Shown here piece after piece: positions 13,647 through 27,143 of a DNA stretch of 64,000 nt. Location: contig OX597820.1 of NCBI GenBank assembly GCA_951406725.2, positions 73,408,001-73,472,000 of the forward strand, written 5' to 3'. Position 1 is the first letter of the stretch; the number at the start of each line of letters is the position of its first letter. This stretch comes from Octopus vulgaris (Eukaryota). The position numbers and the translations under genes were made by a program. A model generated the notes under the pieces. That model ran no database searches. It was not told the DNA's origin and saw only the letters and a list, made by a program, of their open reading frames with translations.

Positions 13647-13694
<48 letters not shown>

Positions 13695-13711
13695 TATATA
13701 CATATATATAC

Positions 13712-13747
<36 letters not shown>

Positions 13748-13875
13748 ATAATATATATATATATACATACACATATATATTTATATACATATTTCTCTAC
13801 ATATATATATATATATATACATATATATACATATATATATTACATATATATACATATATATATACATATATATAC

Positions 13876-13968
<93 letters not shown>

Positions 13969-14044
13969 CATACATATATATTTATATACATATTTCTCTA
14001 CATATATATATATATATAAATATATAAATACATACATACATACA

Positions 14045-14080
<36 letters not shown>

Positions 14081-14110
14081 TTTATATATACATATATATA
14101 TATATATATA
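13630..14110. repeat. Long imperfect (TA)n/(TACA)n microsatellite with an internal duplication
   Basis: Visible; atttatatacatatttctctacat occurs twice. Confidence 0.9.
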
Positions 14111-15161
14111 AAACTAAAGTTCGTTCGCAGTTGTAGGTCCCACCCTACACTCCTATATCCAGTGCAGTACACTGCGGGGCATCAAACCACAGGATAGGCT
14201 AGTGAACAGAATCAATAAAATACAGAAAAAATATGTACGTGTGTGTGTGTGTATGTATATATATATATATATATGTATATGTATATATACATGCGTACAC
14301 ATATAAATACACATACATAAATAAACGTAAACACACATGTATGTACGAACACACACGTTTTCATGATGACTGTTGCGTTCTAGTTTTTTTTCATTTTTAT
14401 CAAACTGTTTTTCATATTTTCGTTCGAGTTACTTTCAGTTTGTTTAGAACAGTTCCTAAATCCATTATCAACATTTCTAGATTTTCACAGTCTCATCTCC
14501 ATGTTGAAGTACGTGCTGGTGTGTATGGCATGTTCTTTATAATATAAAAAAAAAAAGCCAATGTAATTGGTGTCAAGATTATCACGAAGTCACACCGTTA
14601 TATAAACATATGATATACACTCAGGATTCGTGAATGATACACTGGTCGTACAGATCACAGCGGAAAGGCGTTGAAAAATGAAAGGAGCTCCTAAATAGTA
14701 CAAATAAAGCTCCAAGCGATACAAAGGCTCCATTTCTATATATAAGCATTCAGAGAGAAGATAACACATACATCACGTCCGGTTACACTAGAGACGTGAA
14801 TGAAGGTGTAAACATTTACAGCGAGGCTTTTTTTTTTTCTTTTTTTTTTTTTTACCTTTTAATTGTTTCCGTTATTGGATTGCGGCCGTACTGGAGCACC
14901 ATCTCGACGGGTTTAATCGAGCGGATATAGCTTAGTACTACCTTTTCAGAGTTCGGTAGTTATTGTTTTGATCTCTTTTGCCGAATCATTAAGTTACGGG
15001 TGGGGGTGGGGGTGGGGGCTAATTAAACCAACAGAGTTTGTCAAATGGTGACGAGGAACACACACGTACATACATACATACATACATACATACATACACA
15101 CACACATACATACACATACATACACATACATACACATACATACATACATACATACATATAT

Positions 15162-15353
15162 CGCCATGATAGATCGTTAGCCACTACACACATTTTTTTT
15201 TCTCTCCTTGTTTTTTCTGTGTCCCTTTCTGTAGAAGAGCGTGGGCTCGAAACGTAAAAGACCTTTTCTATTCCTGAGCGTTATACTAATACATCTGTTT
15301 GTTTTGTACACCACCTGTCTTCGTCTTTTGTTTTTTTCGTAAACTCTCCCTAT
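15162..15353 (+). mobile_element. Solo Penelope pLTR-like fragment inserted in a microsatellite
   Basis: Pyrimidine-rich unit carrying a minimal hammerhead-like motif; related degenerate sequence at 44291-44345. Confidence 0.6.
15225..15260 (+). ncRNA. Minimal type I hammerhead-like motif (A6U core variant)
   Basis: cttt-CTGTAGA-a-gagc-gtgg-gctc-GAAA-cg-TA-aaag: stem I cttt/aaag, stem II gagc/gctc, palindromic stem III acgt. Confidence 0.6.
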
Positions 15354-15404
15354 GCATTCATGCATGCATACATACATACATACATACATACATACATACA
15401 TACA

Positions 15405-15435
<31 letters not shown>

Positions 15436-15739
15436 CTAAAATCAGGAAATGGAGTAAATAAAATCCAGGCTTCATATGTTTCATAGCTAGCCGAACCTCA
15501 AAAGTAGTATTTGTCCAAACGAGGGGTAACCCGTTAGCTACTCGTCGAGCCAAATATATCTCAATCAAATTAAAGTTTACACTGTCGTCAAGGAATCCCA
15601 TGTTGACTCGCAGGAGAGTTCCAGAGTATAAATATAAGTGTTGGGGTCGATTTGCCTGACTAAAACCCTTCAAAATGGTGCCCCTTCATGAACTCAGAGA
15701 ATGATCGAAGCAAGTAAAAACAAATCAAAATGTCTTTAA

Positions 15740-15945
15740 CCCTTCTCTTATCAAATTTCTGTTGAAATTCACTGGCTCTGTTTTAATTTTTAAATAATGA
15801 AGAGTTCAGTAAAACATCTTTTTCATTACTAATCTGATGTTTAAAACATAAATTTTCATGAAACTTTGATATAAGGCTTTAATTTAGATCACTTAAAAAC
15901 AAGAAATTCGTATAAAAGAACCAGGAGCAGCTGGTATGAATAAGG
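15740..15945. mobile_element. piggyBac-like MITE (decayed)
   Basis: TTAA-ccctt ... aagg-TTAA; an inverted diverged copy lies at ~35480-35670. Confidence 0.55.
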
Positions 15946-17016
15946 TTAAAATACAATATTTGATGCCATAAAAGACGCAGAGTCATAAAAGACGGTCTCC
16001 AATTTCAGCAAAACATACTCTGGAAAGAAATTTTTAGTGCATTAAAACTTATAGGAGGCATAACCCAGCATACAGGACTCAGAGAGATTCTTTCTTTTTT
16101 TTTCTTAACAAAAGAAAAAATGCGTCTTATATAACATCAAATAAATCACACATAAATTGTATGATATAAATCTAATGCATACTAATTAAGGAATAAATCA
16201 ATGCATACAATACCCTCATATAACAGAACACAAAATTCATTGCAATAAACCGTAAATTAAAACTATACATAAAAAGACTAAAATTATAAACCATTTTTTT
16301 AAAATCAAAAACTAACCGTAAGCATATAAAACCAAGAACAAGATACAGATGTCTGTGTATGCAAAGGTAAAAGTTGTAAACTTCACGACTCCAAAAATGT
16401 TATATTGGCCAAACAAGTACAACCCTCTCCCGGTGGTTTACTATGCACTATCAATAAAAAGCATTTGCAATGTGCCAAATTACACAAAGCAGAACAAGAT
16501 AGGAAACCACTAACCACAAATAAAAATCTACAGTCGACAAATGACGTATACGTTTAAGGGACAAACATCAAATGGATATGGTACGGTTGGAATGGATTTC
16601 ATTATAGGTCTATTCAATCGTATGAACGTGCAGTAAAGAAAGATCGCTTTGCAACCGCGTGGTTCTGTGTTCGTTTCAAAGTGTGCAACACCTTGGGTGT
16701 CTCCTACTCTAATCCCGGGCTGACCAATACGTGAATGAATTTGGTACACAGAAAACGTGTAGAAACCTGTCGTATATACATACGACATACATACATACGA
16801 CATATATACATACATATATATATATTCTCGCAAATACACACTGATACGCGCGCGCATATATATATGTATGTCTTTGTGTTTATGTTTGTCGACACCTCCT
16901 CACACACACCGCTTGATGTTGGTTTGTTCATATCATTGTAATTTAACGGTTCGGCAAAATAGACCGATGAAAAAATATCCAAACTTAAGTACTGGAGTCG
17001 ATTTGCTCGACAAAAC

Positions 17017-17290
17017 CAGTGGTTCTCAACCATTTTTTTCTAGCTATGGACCCCTTTGGTCACAATTTTATTCTGGTGGGCCCTCATAGTCATTAAACGT
17101 TTAAAATTTTCTCACATTTAACTATGTAAAACATTAGAGAAGAAACTAGCAATACATACCAATACACACCTCTAAAGCAAATTTTTTTCAGGGGTACATA
17201 AAATATAATTGTGAATTCCTAGTTTATTATTTTGTTATGTGGACCCTCAAAAACCTTATATGGCCCCTTATAGAACCCGGTTGAGAACCA
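17017..17290. mobile_element. hAT (Charlie-like) MITE inserted in a SINE-B tail
   Basis: cagtggttctcaacc ... ggttgagaacca (last bases lost); homologous to 32651-33648. Confidence 0.7.
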
Positions 17291-17379
17291 TACCCTTCAA
17301 AGTGGTTCTCCAGCATGGCCGCAGTCCGACCATTGAAACAACTAAAAGATTATGAACTGATGCAAGTGAATATTCTTTA

Positions 17380-17581
17380 CTACTCAAGGCCCGAATTTTT
17401 TGGGTAGGGGGCCAGTCGATTAGATCGACACTAGTACGCAACTGGTGCCTAATTTATTGACCTCCAAAAGGATAAAAGGCAAAGTCGACCTTGGTAGAAT
17501 TTGAACTCAGAATGTAAAGACAGACGAAATATCACTAAGCATTTCGCCCGACGTGCTAACGTTTCTGCCAGCTCGCCGCCT
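17380..17581 (-). mobile_element. SINE family A
   Basis: Reverse complement of the A pattern, ending gccagctcgccgcc. Confidence 0.8.
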
Positions 17582-18334
17582 TGATACAAGTGAATATTGA
17601 TATTAATTACTCTTCACAAAGCTCAGCAAGGGAGCCCCTACATGGTCGTACGATCAGCTAGATATAGTAACCAAATTTCTTTAAAATTACAGCCTACAAA
17701 CCTTTAACCGAGCTCTTGAATGAGTTTCTCTATTGACACTTCCTCTGCTAGAAATAGCAGTCAATCTAGCTCTCCCTTAATTCATATTCTTCAGTGTAAT
17801 CGAAGATACACGACGCCCTGAAAAAAATATTTGATCGTTTATTGATGTAATGTCCATAATCATAAGTCCACCCGTTTAAGGCTAACTTGGGACTCAAAAC
17901 AACAACAACAACACCGAACCAACGAGACAGCTAATTAAAGGCTTTCTATGCGATATGTTTGTCTGCAAGAAAAAACAGCCAAATCACCCTCGAATCACAT
18001 GATCACGTCTTTTGAAAATAAGCAATGAACGTTGAATTACAATAATATTTGTATAGTAATCATTGATAGTCGCATGTCTGCTGATGTCTCTGGACGCTAT
18101 ACTCACTACGATTATCTCTACTATAATAACATTTAGTACAATAGTTTGTATTGGTACACTGTTGACATTTTCCATGTTCTGTAAAGTTGTATTCATCTCT
18201 CTCCACCTCACGTCTCTCTCAGTCCCGTCCCACTTCTTTCTCTCTCTCTCTCCCTCCCTCTTACCTGTCTCCATTACTATCTGTCTATCTGTCCCTCCAC
18301 AAACAACACATAAACCACATTCATTTAATACATT

Positions 18335-18373
<39 letters not shown>

Positions 18374-18461
18374 ATCTTTTTACAGAGCGCCAAACTAATA
18401 CATTCTATGTGCATGTCCTCTTTGTTGCCTTTTAATGTTCGATTTTCCAATTTGACTGTTG

Positions 18462-18508
<47 letters not shown>

Positions 18509-18516
18509 GTATATGC

Positions 18517-18900
18517 GGAGGCGCAATGGCCCAGTGGTTAGGACAGGGGACCCGCGGTCTTAGGATCGCAGTTTCGATTCCCGGACTGGGCATTGTGTGT
18601 CTCTATTGAGCGAAAATACCTAAACTACCACGAGGCTTCGACAGGAGGTAGGGGCGAACTTTGCTGTACACTTTCACTACAACTTTCTCTCGCTCTTTCT
18701 TCCTGTTTCTGTTGTACCTGTATTTTCAAAGGGGCCAACCTTGTCACACTTTGTGTCACTCTGAATCTCCCCGAGAACTACGTTAAGGGTACACGAGTCT
18801 GTGGAGTGCTCAGCCACTTGCACGTTAATTGCACGAGCAGGAGACTGTTCCGTTGATCGGATCAACTGGAACGCTCGTCGTCGCAACCGACGGAGTGCCA
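18517..18900 (+). mobile_element. tRNA-derived SINE, family C
   Basis: ggaggcgcaatggcccagtggttagg (A box), gtttcgattcc (B box), tail ctgttccgttgatcggatcaactggaac..gacggagtgcc. Confidence 0.85.
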
Positions 18901-19052
18901 CGATTATGTATATGGGAAGAAGCTTTTCTTTTATGCATGTTTCATTAAATACATTTGTTTTAGATTGTTCATATTTTCGTAGTAACCATTTTGCAGTTTC
19001 AAAGCAACTGCAGAGTTCCTAAATCCATATCCGACATCTCTAGTTCCTCACG

Positions 19053-19092
<40 letters not shown>

Positions 19093-19207
19093 GTGCTATT
19101 GACAGCTTGTAATCTAGATGAAACTTTTGCGTGGTCTGGATAACAACAGCTAAAACGCCTCGCCCTCCGCTTTGATCCCACCATTCTAGTGAGGAATGTT
19201 GTTCAAA

Positions 19208-19620
19208 AACCTTTTCTTTACTACCCACAAGGCTAAACACAGAGAGGACAAACAAGGACAGAAAAACGGAATAAGTCGATTATATTGACGCCAGTGCGTA
19301 ACTGGTACTTATTTAATCAACCCCGAAAGGATGAAGGCAAAATCGACCTCGGCGGAATTTGAACTCACAACGTAGCGGCACACGAAATACCTATTTCTAT
19401 TTCTTTACTACCCACAAGGGGCTAAATACAGAAGGGACAAACAGCGACAGACAAACGGATTAAGTCGATTATATCGACTCCAGTGCGTAACTGGTACATA
19501 TTTAATCGACCCCGAAAGGATGAAAGGCAAAGTTAACCTCGGCGGAATTTGAACTTAGAACGTGGCGACAGACGAAATACTGTTGAGCATTTTGCCCGGC
19601 GTGCTAACGTTTCTGCCACC
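19208..19620 (-). mobile_element. Dimeric SINE family A
   Basis: Two body units in reverse orientation. Confidence 0.85.
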
Positions 19621-20192
19621 TCAACAGAACCAAAACAGCAGCTGAGAAAGTATGCCTCATTCCATCGTAGGATCGACGGCTGCCAATAGCAATAGATAGA
19701 AATTCAAAAATATAAGCATTGTTGCTTGTTGGTGTTCGTTATAAAACCAGTCAGAGTCTGGTATTCTTCGCCGACACTGATGTACATCTCTAAAGCAAGA
19801 TTATTGCGATTGAAAGCCTGCCAATACTGCGGAAACGGATATCTTGCAATGACTTTTCTCAGGATTCTTTGGGTTTGGAACTGAACGTGTTTGCAGTATT
19901 ATGCAAGCAGTTCTTTAATTTAATTTTGCGCGGATATTTCACATTATTTTCGAAAACAATTCTTTCTTTTCAAATTAGCTTGGGAGGAAAATAAGACAAT
20001 TACACTGCAAACTAAATTTATAAAGTGAAAAAAGTTTTAAAATATATTTAAAAGATTACAAAGAAACAAATATATCTCCTAAATGAAAGTTACACACGCG
20101 CGCGCACACATACACACATACACACTCATATATATGTACATATACATACACATACATTTGTATTGTGTGTGTGTGTGTATATATATATATAT

Positions 20193-20247
<55 letters not shown>

Positions 20248-20248
20248 A

Positions 20249-20588
20249 GTGAAGGCGCATGGCTCAGTGGTTAGAGCGTCGAGCTTACGATCGTGAGGTT
20301 GCGAGCACGAATCCCGCACCGGGCTGCGTGTTGTGTTCTTGAGCAAGACACATTATTTCACATTGCTCCAGTTCACTCAGCTGTAGAAATGAGTTGCGAC
20401 GGCACAAGTGCCAAGCTGTATCGGCCCCTTTGCCTTTCCCTTGGATAACACTGGTGGCATAGAGAGGAGAGGCCGGTATGCATGGGCGACTGCTGGTCTT
20501 CCATAAAACAACCTTGCCCGGACTTGTGCCTGGGAGGGTAACTTTCTAGGTGCAATCCCATGGCCAGTCATGACCGAAGGGGATCTCA
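20249..20588 (+). mobile_element. tRNA-derived SINE, family D
   Basis: gaaggcgcatggctcagtggttagagcg head, ttcttgagcaagacac core, distinct 3' half ending catgaccgaaggggatct. Confidence 0.8.
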
Positions 20589-21006
20589 GATGTATGTATG
20601 GATGGATTGTGTGTGTAATACACACATGCTCACATATACCCGTACACACATATTGCTTACGTCGTAAAAATTTACAATTTTCGAGGGACGCGAAATATTT
20701 CATTTTTAGTGGTGGGACTCGAAGTAAATTAAGCTATAAATAATAGCCTGTATAAATTGGGTTGAAAAGTCGAAGGCTGTCCATGTTTTTGGTATTACAC
20801 AGTTTATGAAAACTAATCTGTTAAATTCTTAGATCTTACAGTTTATATTCTTACACTGGGTCACTATAACCCTCTTCAAACTATCTGTACACAATGCTTT
20901 TCAATCTGATGAAAACAATCTCTTTCGTTGGCCAAAAGGGAAGAAAATGGTAAATTCCTGGCTTTTAATTTACTTCTGTCAATATAGCTTTGTAAGCTTT
21001 CGATAA

Positions 21007-21225
21007 GGCGGCGAGCTGACAGAAACGTTAGTGCACCGGGCGAAATGCTTAGCGGCATTTCATCTCTCCTTACGTTCTGAGTTCAAATTCCGTCATGGTC
21101 GACTTTGCCTTTCCATCTTTCGGGGTCGATAAATTAAGTACCAGTTGCATACTGGTGTCAATCTAATCGACTGGACCCTCCCCCAAAATTTCAGGCCTTG
21201 CACCTAGAGTAGAAAAGATTATTAT
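21007..21225 (+). mobile_element. SINE family A
   Basis: Full monomer with ATT tail. Confidence 0.85.
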
Positions 21226-23920
21226 TGTACATTTCACTTGCTCCAGTTAATTCTGTAAGAACAGACATCAAACTTTGGTCTCATACGGTTTTCTTTCATG
21301 ATACTTAACATTCAAATATTTGTTTTAAAATCCTCTCTGTCCCCATTAAAGTAGTCTTCTGGGCATGCTCTACCCTCATGTCAATCACGATATCTCCAAC
21401 AAATTTTTCAAACCTGGTTCTTAATGTTCCCAGAGCCCCTACAACTACAGGGGTGGCAGTTACTTTCTTCATTGCCCACATTATTGCAAACTGATCCTTC
21501 AGTGGTTTGTACTTCTCATATTATTATTCATTTTTACTAAGGTGGAGAGCTGGCAGAGTTGTTAGCACACCAGGCAAAATGCGAACTGGGATTGATAAGC
21601 AAGATACTTACCACACAGCCACTCCTGCGCCTGTGCAAGACAACTGCCTATCTGATTAGAAAAATTATCGTGACATTAATTTAAACAAGAGAACGTGTGT
21701 GTGTGTTTAATCAATTATACGTTTATAATTCAAGAAGCTCGCTTTGTAACCACGTGGTTTCGAGTTCAGTTCTACAGCACGGCACAAAGGACAAGTGTCT
21801 CCAACAATACATCGTTAAAATCCAGTTTACTATGGTGTGTATTATCAATTATTGTGGTATTCATCAGCGATAATTTGCTCAATTAAAACCCTTTGAGGCG
21901 GTGATCCAGCATAGCCACAGTCAAATGACTGAAACAAGTAAAAGAATAAATTTATTTATCATATCCATCACACACACATACATATATATGTACACACACA
22001 TATACAAATAAACACACACAGAGTATTGGTGAGATTGCTTGGCTCACATCGGTGGCTGTGGTAGAAGAGGCGAAACTAGAAGAAAGCTATAAGCGAATAT
22101 CATATTTCATGCGTGTAAAAACAACTATAATCAGAACGTATGATACATTTTTAGTACAAGATTTTTTGTATAAACGGGCGATTGAAATGCTCTAATTTAA
22201 AACAAGGGAATACGCCAAATTTCATGAAAAGCAGATGAAAAAGCAAGAACGGACCACCAGCCTTGTGTTTCATGAAACAATGAGGGAGTCTATACTGAAG
22301 GGTATGCCTCTGGTTGTTGTTGTTGTTGTTGTCGTTGTCGTCGTCGTCGTCGTTATTTTGTTTAGTTTTGCAACCGCATGGTCCGCAGTTCGAACCCGCT
22401 GCCCAGCAACTGATGAGTAATTTGCTCTCTACTTCAACCTCGGTTGGACAAATATTTTGTGAGTGGAATTTTGTACGCTAAAGACAAATATGAATACATA
22501 CACACACACACACTTATACACACACACGCAAACATCTTAAGTGGGCAATCCTTCGGTATTGGTGCATGACGTCATTCACCTACACAACCTTCCGTCATGA
22601 TAAAGATATAAAGAGGTTAGGTTGAAAAAGACGGTGAATGACGTCGACTCCCTTATACTGTCACTCTGTAGACCAACATTGAAAAGATCGCCTTCAAGTA
22701 CACCAGATATGTGTGTATCTACGTATATTTCAACGTACATCAACGAAAGATGTAAACCGCAGAAAAACGGGTGCATTTTGTACGAAGTCCACCGAATTAC
22801 AGATACTCTAATGTTACTGTCACTGTCGTGAACTGCAGAAATCCAGTCATTCTTTGGACCATTGAAAGAAAAATCTGTAAGTTGTCCTATAAACTATATA
22901 AAAAAATTAAATAACTTCCAAACATTTGAACTTCACGTAAAGAGCTCAGTCACCTACAAAACCTCAACACAAACATCAACAATTAGCATAATCCTCATAA
23001 TAATAATTTTTGCGGTAGATAGAAGACTCCGCCCACATTTTTCCCTTTTTTTTTTTTTTTACTTTTTTTATAACTAATTACGATAACAGTGGCTCCTCCT
23101 AGCGGGCACAGCAAGACTAATTATATTTTTGACTAAATACAAAGCAATTTTGAAGGAGGAGGTGCTCGGATAGTCTGAATCAATCAGTACGTTCTTTCTT
23201 TTATAAAGGGGGTATCTGTTCTGCCAGATTCGCAATATAATCAGCGAAGCATTAAATTACAACCTTGTAACCTGTCTGTCTAATATGGTGTCATTTCATG
23301 GAGTTAGTTGACAGGCGACCTGCTTCAACCTTGCTTCAAGCTTAATTCCACCCCACCCACCCTTTACATTGTTATTAGCAATGTCGCACAAATGGAAGGA
23401 AAATGAGTCTTTGGTAGCGCTTAACCACATTCCCGGTAATAAAAGCTATTAATTCTCCCTCTGGCTCTTCATTTAACATCAACTGGGCCTTGTGGTGGGG
23501 GGTAAAAGGTAACAGCAGCATTTTATTTATTATATTTATTTAGTTTTTGCTTTGCGGTTTCATACTTTTCTTTCTTCTTTGCATCGTAATCATAATCCCA
23601 CCCATTTTATAGGGGGCTGGTATAATATAATCCATACATACACGTGACGCACTTTGGCGGTTAGCTTATCGTAAGGGACACAATAATTTCCAGATTAATT
23701 CAAGGAGGGATAGGAAGTTTAATTTTTTGAATTTTAAATCAGAGTTAATGAAGATGCATACAGACGCGGTCGTGTGGTAAGAAGATTGCTTTCCGACCAC
23801 ATAGTTCCTGGTTCAGTCCCGCTGCGTGACACCTTGGGCAAATGTATTCGACCGACCAAAACTTTGCGAATGGATTTAGCAGACGGAAGCCCGTCATACA
23901 CACACACACACATATATACT

Positions 23921-24328
23921 TTTACTTTTACTTGTTTCAGTCATTTGACTGCGGCCATGCTGGAGCATCGCATTTAGTCGAGCAAATCGACCCCAGGACT
24001 TATTCTTTGTAAACCTAGTACTTATTCTATCGGTCCCTTTTGCCGAACCGCTAAGTTACGGGGACGTAAACACACCAGCATCGGTTGTCAAGCGATGTTA
24101 TGGGGACAAACGCAGACACACAAATACACACACACATACATATATATATATACATATACATATATACGACGGGCTTCTTTCAGTTTCCGTCTATCAAAAC
24201 CACTCGCAAGACTTTGGTCGGCCCGAGGCTATAGTAGAAGACACTTGCCCAAGGTACTGGGCAGTGGAACTGAACCCGGAACGATGTTGTTGGTAAGCAA
24301 GCTACTTACCACACAGCCACTCCTGCGT
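23921..24328 (-). mobile_element. SINE family B (full length), preceded by a + strand 5' fragment at 23762-23895
   Basis: Reverse complement of the B pattern. Confidence 0.9.
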
Positions 24329-24618
24329 CAATGAATCATTTGTCCGAAAAAGAAGCACACTCTAAAGCACAGAGCAGTAATGTAGAGTCTGACGAGTTGT
24401 CTGTGGGGCTAAGCCCTTTATGGATGCGAAACCATAGGCCACTCTATGACCGGACAAATACTTAACTGCGTGTGAAATATGTATGTGTGTGTGTTTTTCT
24501 GTTTGTTCCCCACCACCGCTTGACAAACGTTGCTGGTGTGTTTCGTCCTCGTAACTTAGTGATTCGGCAAAAGGGACTGATAGAATAAGTGCCAAGTTTT
24601 TAAAAAAGCACTAGGGTA

Positions 24619-25427
24619 GGCGGCGAGCTCGCAGAAACGTTAGCACGCCGGGCGAATTGCGTAGCCGTATTTCGTCTACCGTTACATTCTGAGTTCAAAT
24701 TTCGCCGAGGTCGACTTTGCCTTTCATCCTTTCGGGGTCGATTAAATAAGTACCAGTTACGCACTGGGGTCGATATAATCGACTTAATCCGTTTGTCTGT
24801 CCTTGTTTGTCTGTCCTTGTTTGTCCTCTCTGTGTTTAGCCCCTTGTGGGTAGTAAAGAAATAGGTATTTCGTCTACCGCTACGCTCTGAGTTCAAATTC
24901 CGCTGAGGTCGACTTTGCTTTTCATCCTTTCGGGATCGATAAATTAAGTACCAGTTACGCACTGGGGTCGATGTAATCGACTTAATCCGTTTGTCTGTCC
25001 TTGATTGTCCCCTCTATGTTTAGCCCCTTATGGGTAATAAAGAAATAAGAATCGTTAGCACGCCGTGCGAAATGCGCAGCCGTATTTCGTCTACCGTTAC
25101 GTTCTGAGTTCAAATTCCGCCGAGGTCGACTTTGCCTTTCATCCCTTCGTGGTCGATAAATTAAGTACCAGTTACGCACTGGGATCGATATAATCGACTT
25201 AATCCGTTTGTCTGTCTTTGTTTGTCCCCTCTGTATGTAGCTCCTTGTGGATAGTAAAGAAATAGGTATTTCGTCTGCCGTTACATTCTGAGCTCAAATT
25301 CCGCCGAAGTCGACTTTGCCTTTCATCCTTTCGGGGTCGATAAATTAAGTAACAGTTGCGTACTGGGTCGATCTAATCGACTGACCCCTTCCCCCAAAAT
25401 TTCGGGCCTTGTGCCTAGAGTAGAAAG
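24619..25427 (+). mobile_element. Tetrameric SINE-A array inserted in a SINE-B, with ~15-bp TSD
   Basis: Four body units; flanks aaaagcactagggta / aaaagtactggggta (13/15). Confidence 0.85.
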
Positions 25428-25982
25428 AAAAGTACTGGGGTAGATTTAATCAACTAAAAGAAGAATTCTTCAAATCGGTGCTCCAGTATGGCCGCAGTCT
25501 AATGACTGGAAGAAGTAAAGGATAAACAATAAAATGGTATCCACATTAAACATTTCTTTTCTTATATATTCTAAAGATCTTAAGATTTCTAGTCATAAAG
25601 TAATATAATAGAATTGATTATTCGGATACCAATATTTGACTTGGTGCTTTATATTATCGAACGCATAAAAATGAAATGTTTAGTTGCTTCCTGTGGGATT
25701 TGAACTCTCAACATTAAGAGATGCAGCTAAATACCACAGAGCATTTTGTCCCGTAAATCAGCGAGTCTATTAACCTTGTTTTACTAAAACTGAGAAGCAT
25801 CTACCGTCTCCATTACCATATTCATACGATATATATCACCATAGCCATTCTTCGAAATATGCACCCAACCCAAAATATATCTCAAACAGTCGATCTGATT
25901 GGTTATTAAAGAGGACACACACACACTCCATAACATGAGATCTTGCTATTATAATATTAAGTGGAGATGCAACAATATAATC

Positions 25983-26193
25983 TTTTCTTTTCTAGACACA
26001 AGTCCCGAAATTTTTGGCGAGGGGCCCAGTCGATTAGATCGACCATAGTACGCAACCGGTACTTAATTTATCGACCCCGAAAGGATAAAAGACAAAGTCG
26101 ACTTTAGCAGAATTTGAACTCAGAACATAAAGACAGATGAAATATCGCTAAGCATTTCGCCCGGCGTGCTAACGTTTCTGCCAGCTCGCCGCC
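25983..26193 (-). mobile_element. SINE family A
   Basis: Reverse complement of the A monomer. Confidence 0.85.
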
Positions 26194-27008
26194 ATACTAT
26201 AACACTACAATGTAATGAAGGTATAGAAAAATATATTTAATTAACCGAAAGTGCACGAGTAATGAAGAAAAAAAAATCTTACTTGTAGTTACAATTAAAC
26301 ACTTAATGAGTTTATACCTCATGCTCGTTTCCCTGTAAAACAAATGGCAGCTCTGAAATGCTCTGAAACAAATGACAACTAAATACCCTATTTACTCATA
26401 TATAAGCTGTAATTCTAAATCATGGTACCAATTTTTCCCTTCCATAGGGATTAGTTATTCCCTTCCATAGGGATTAGTGTTGCCCAGGGTATAAGTCGCA
26501 CCCCAAATTTTTCAGTTAAAATCATGTACAACTTGAGTTAAAATCAAATGTGATTTATTCACGTTGGATTACACTCTAATGTCATTTCTTTAAAGGGCAT
26601 ATTGTTTATTGTGCTTCTTATATTTATTCGTGATGTCATGGCCGGAGTGCCTTTGATCATGAATCGAACGTGATTCGATCAGGGTTAAGTTGGAGTTAAA
26701 TTACAGCAAAACCAACACCTATGAATAAAAGGGCAGCCAAACGAATGCAGATTTGAAAAAGATTATCGCACAAAATAAATGAATATAGGTGCTGGTATGA
26801 ATATAGGCGTTGGTTTCGCAACCGCAGGGTTTCTGGTTCATTCCCGTTATGCACCACACTGGGGTTGTGTTTTCTACTATAACGACGTGGTGAGTAATGC
26901 CATGAGCTGTGAGTGAATTTGGTACACAGAAACTGCAGGGAAGCTCGCCATACACACACATATATGTATGTATGCATGTATTATGATTTCACTTAGGCTC
27001 GGTGGTAC

Positions 27009-27143
27009 CAGGAGCAGACCCAAGAGGGGCCTGAGGGGCATGTGCCCCCCTCCTCAAGAAAAGAAGTGCGCCATTTTCTCCTGGAATTGTATTCCCCCCT
27101 AACCTTGTTCCCTCCCTTCGAAAAATCCCTGGGAGCACGCCTG
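27009..27143. mobile_element. GC-rich MITE with CAGG...CCTG ends and an apparent 5-bp TSD
   Basis: ggtac|caggagcagacccaag ... ctgggagcacgcctg|ggtac; TIR imperfect. Confidence 0.5.

Noticed and set aside
20900-20960. CTGATGA...GAAA hammerhead-like match
   Set aside because: No stem I or stem III pairing
24600-25179. ORFs with repeated RKDERQSRPRRNLNSE peptides
   Set aside because: Antisense translation of SINE-A
26435-26478. 23-bp tandem duplication
   Set aside because: Ordinary slippage duplication inside a decayed DNA-transposon-like fragment
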